Part shown: piece after piece, positions 53,597-56,110 of the stretch | Layout: each line of letters begins with the position of its first letter | Position numbering within the stretch: position 1 is the stretch's first letter | Source: a bacterium | Lineage (GTDB): Bacteria > UBP15 > UBA6099 > JBFMBQ01 | Assembly (NCBI GenBank): GCA_040752295.1 | Contig: JBFMFE010000020.1 | Coordinates: 1-56,110, forward strand | Length of the DNA: 56,110 nt | Reading direction: 5' to 3' | Made by a program: the position numbers and the translations under genes | Notes under the pieces: generated by a model | Databases searched by the model: none | What the model saw: only the letters and a program-made list of their open reading frames with translations | What the model was told of the DNA's origin: nothing

Positions 53597-53620
53597 GGGG
53601 GCGCGGAGCGCCCCCTTTGT
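53597..53620. terminator. bidirectional rho-independent terminator
   Basis: GGGGGCGC-gga-GCGCCCCC perfect hairpin flanked by AAAA on the left and TTTGTTTT on the right, between convergent genes. Confidence 0.7.
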
Positions 53621-53644
53621 TTTCGCGCGCGTTCCCGCGGGTGG

Positions 53645-54745
53645 TCACTCAAACGTGATGGTGCGTTCGCCGGGGTCGGCGATCTTCGCGTTCGTCCAGT
53701 GGCTGTAATTGCCGATGTCGCCCGTGAGGGGGGATATGTTGGTGATGTGTCCGTTGAGGACGAGGTACGTGAGGTAAGCGCTTGGGTTGTCGAAGGCTTT
53801 TTCGATGGGGAAGGAAAGAAACAGGTGGTTTTTGGCGGCGTCGCAGGAGATACTTTCCCTGTCGGTCGCCATGGAGCTGCCCTGTTTCCAGCCGATCATG
53901 CAGGGGAAGATGGGCGCCGCGCCGCCGGCGATCTCGGCGTGCGGGGCGTAGAGGACGAGGAGTCCGGAGTCGAGCAGTTCTTCGAGTCCGCCGCCCGCGC
54001 CGCCCTTGTCGGGGTTGATCATGAGAACGACGTAACCGTAGACGTCCATGGGGCTTACGGTGCCGCTGGTTATTTCGCCCTGGACGGCGAGGTCAATGTA
54101 ATAGTTTTCGCCGTCGTTGCCGACGCGGTAGTCCCAGAAGTCGAGGTCTTCGTTGACGAGGGAGTCTTCATCGTCGAGGGGGCTTTCGTCGCGGCTCATG
54201 GGGAACAGGCAGTTGACCGGCAGGTTCGACTCGCAGTTCGAGGGGTCTTCGGTGGAGACGCAGTCTTCATCGGTGTCGGGGGGCCAGTTTTCGCCGTCAA
54301 CGTCGCAGACCATCTCGACGTAGACGTTCTCGGAGGTGTCAATGGCGCGGACGGCGTAGATGAGTTCGGTTCCGGAGTCCTGACCCGGTATGGTTCCGGT
54401 CCAGGTTTTATCGTCGCCGCCCTGTTCGAGTTCGACCTCATCCCAGGATTCGCCGCCGTCTGCGCTGTACACGACGTACGCTTCGACTGTTTCGTCGTCG
54501 GTGAGCGAGGAGTCGTTCTGGATGACGGCGGTGATCTCGACGTCTTCGCCGCCAGCCGGGCTTTCGGGAGAGGTCGTCACGGATTCGAGCATCGGGGGGT
54601 AGCGCGTGGCGAGCATATCGTCAACGAGGTCCTGCCATTCGGCGGGGAGGCTGTCGGTGCTGATCTGCGAGAACGCCGCCCCGGCGGTTAAACAAAGAAT
54701 ACAAGCGAACACAAGTGTTGCTGCGTTTAACGTCTTTTTCGTCAT
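53645..54745 (-). CDS. hypothetical highly acidic secreted protein
   Basis: Signal peptide MTKKTLNAATLVFACILCLTAGAAFSQ, then Asp/Glu-rich sequence with conserved-looking Cys pairs. I recognise no family. Confidence 0.55.
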   Translation of the reverse strand: MTKKTLNAATLVFACILCLTAGAAFSQISTDSLPAEWQDLVDDMLATRYPPMLESVTTSPESPAGGEDVEITAVIQNDSSLTDDETVEAYVVYSADGGESWDEVELEQGGDDKTWTGTIPGQDSGTELIYAVRAIDTSENVYVEMVCDVDGENWPPDTDEDCVSTEDPSNCESNLPVNCLFPMSRDESPLDDEDSLVNEDLDFWDYRVGNDGENYYIDLAVQGEITSGTVSPMDVYGYVVLMINPDKGGAGGGLEELLDSGLLVLYAPHAEIAGGAAPIFPCMIGWKQGSSMATDRESISCDAAKNHLFLSFPIEKAFDNPSAYLTYLVLNGHITNISPLTGDIGNYSHWTNAKIADPGERTITFE

Positions 54746-54883
54746 CCTCTTCCTCCTTTATCTCCTTTTTCCCTGTTTTCGCGCGGAGCGCGGCGGCTCC
54801 CTGTTTCCCGGACGCGGTGTTGAGCGCGTCCGAGGCGTTCATCCCGCGCGTTTGTCCCGATCCAGATTGCCCCATCCCTCCTT

Positions 54884-55987
54884 TCACTCGATGTGAACCT
54901 TTATCTTCCTTTTTTTCAGCTCCGCGAGGAACTCGTCCGGGTCAATCGCGATTTCGGGGCCGACGACGCCGAGGCGCGTGACTTTGCCCGCGCCGACCAT
55001 GGCTGCGCCGATTGAAGCCGGGATGCCCGTGATGCGTTTCATGTTGTCGGCGACCGTGTAGGAGACTGTGGCATTTTTTCCGTTCTTTTCTCCGTGGACG
55101 TCCACGCGCAGCCCGGAGACACCCTTGCCCCCCAGTCCCATGAGGGGGCTGATTGTGTGTACCATTTTGCTCACGAGGTCTCGTTTTCCCGGCGTGTCGG
55201 TTATGCGGACTCTGGCGAGCGTTCTGGCGACGTTGTTGAGCCAGAGCGGGATGACGCTTCCCCTGAGAGTGACTTCCTGAAGTCCTTCGATGAAGTGGGG
55301 GATTGTGATGGGTTCGGGGTGTCCGACGTGATAGGTTGGGATTTTACCGATTGGGTCGGGGAATTCCACCATGTCCCTGCCGGAGCCGGCGGGTACGTTT
55401 TTCCATTTTCCGTCCATGTAGGTGGGGACTTTTCCGGTGAAGATGTGGAGGGTGTGTTTGATGACGGCGAGTCCTTCGGAGTCGTCGGCGCTTCCCGCCC
55501 AGGCGATGTTGACGCGCGCGGCTTTGTCGAGCCTGTTGATGCCGTGTCTTGCGAGGACGTTGGACATGCCCGGCGTCCAGCCCATGCCGGAGAGGACGAC
55601 GATTCTCGCCTGGCGGGCGTCGCCGTCCATGGCGATGGCTTCCTCGGCGGCGTCGAAGTCGTCGCAGATGCTTACGTAGTTGGTTCTGGCTTCGATGGCG
55701 GCGCGCACCATCTTTTTTTCGAAGCGGTAGAAGGGTCCGACGCAGCTGAGGGCGACGTCGGCAGTTTTCATAAGCTCCACGAGTTCGTTGTGGTGATTGG
55801 CGTCCACTCTGGCGGCGGCGGCTTTTCCGCCGAGTTCGTCCGCGAGTTTTTTAGCGCGTTTTTCGTTGTAATCGGCGATGAGCACGCTTGAGACCTTCGA
55901 CGTTTCCACGAGGTCGCGCACCGCCTCGCTTCCCATGTCGCCCGCGCCGCCGAAAACGACCACCTTCACCGGAGTTCCTCCTCCCAA
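54884..55987 (-). CDS. saccharopine dehydrogenase-like NAD(P)-binding oxidoreductase
   Basis: VVVFGGAGDMGS Rossmann motif. Overall length and pattern are typical of Sacchrp_dh family proteins. Confidence 0.75.
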   Translation of the reverse strand: MGGGTPVKVVVFGGAGDMGSEAVRDLVETSKVSSVLIADYNEKRAKKLADELGGKAAAARVDANHHNELVELMKTADVALSCVGPFYRFEKKMVRAAIEARTNYVSICDDFDAAEEAIAMDGDARQARIVVLSGMGWTPGMSNVLARHGINRLDKAARVNIAWAGSADDSEGLAVIKHTLHIFTGKVPTYMDGKWKNVPAGSGRDMVEFPDPIGKIPTYHVGHPEPITIPHFIEGLQEVTLRGSVIPLWLNNVARTLARVRITDTPGKRDLVSKMVHTISPLMGLGGKGVSGLRVDVHGEKNGKNATVSYTVADNMKRITGIPASIGAAMVGAGKVTRLGVVGPEIAIDPDEFLAELKKRKIKVHIE

Positions 55988-56110
55988 TTATCTGTTTTTC
56001 CCGTCGAATCTTACACGTCCCGAATGAAACGAATCCCCCGCGTTGCGAAAAGCCGGTCGCTATTATACAATACGCCCTGTCAAATTTCCACAGATGATCA
56101 ACTTTATGGA

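Overview
High-G+C bacterial chromosomal segment with about 55 protein genes. I found no rRNA, tRNA, CRISPR array, transposase or integrase. Most of it is ordinary housekeeping: nadA, dcd, pepA, a hisF-hisI-miaB-mutS block, cysC, galT, a TPP-riboswitch-controlled thiE-thiS-thiG-thiC operon, cstA, and the conserved ffh-rpsP-KH-rimM-trmD-rplS-lepB-folP block. Promoters here are unusually easy to read, with several near-consensus sigma70 sites and one perfect sigma28 site. Two stretches are visibly lower in G+C and look acquired. One is a 937-bp HEPN/MNT toxin-antitoxin cassette bracketed by a 183-bp direct duplication of the pepA 3-prime end. The other is an orphan Fic gene between the thi promoter and a glycosyltransferase gene. 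The candidates I consider most novel are: (1) a ~522-aa protein with a CarD/TRCF-like RNAP-binding N-terminus and a GreA coiled-coil at its C-terminus, ending exactly where the Gre globular domain should begin; (2) a co-directional block of double GT4, stand-alone LeuA-regulatory-like domain, Cys-less thiolase-like/OB fusion, SDR, single-HKD PLD, AP-family phosphodiesterase and an insert-bearing SulP; (3) a B-box-like zinc-finger mini-protein translationally coupled to folP. All functional calls come from motif recognition by eye. No database search was run.
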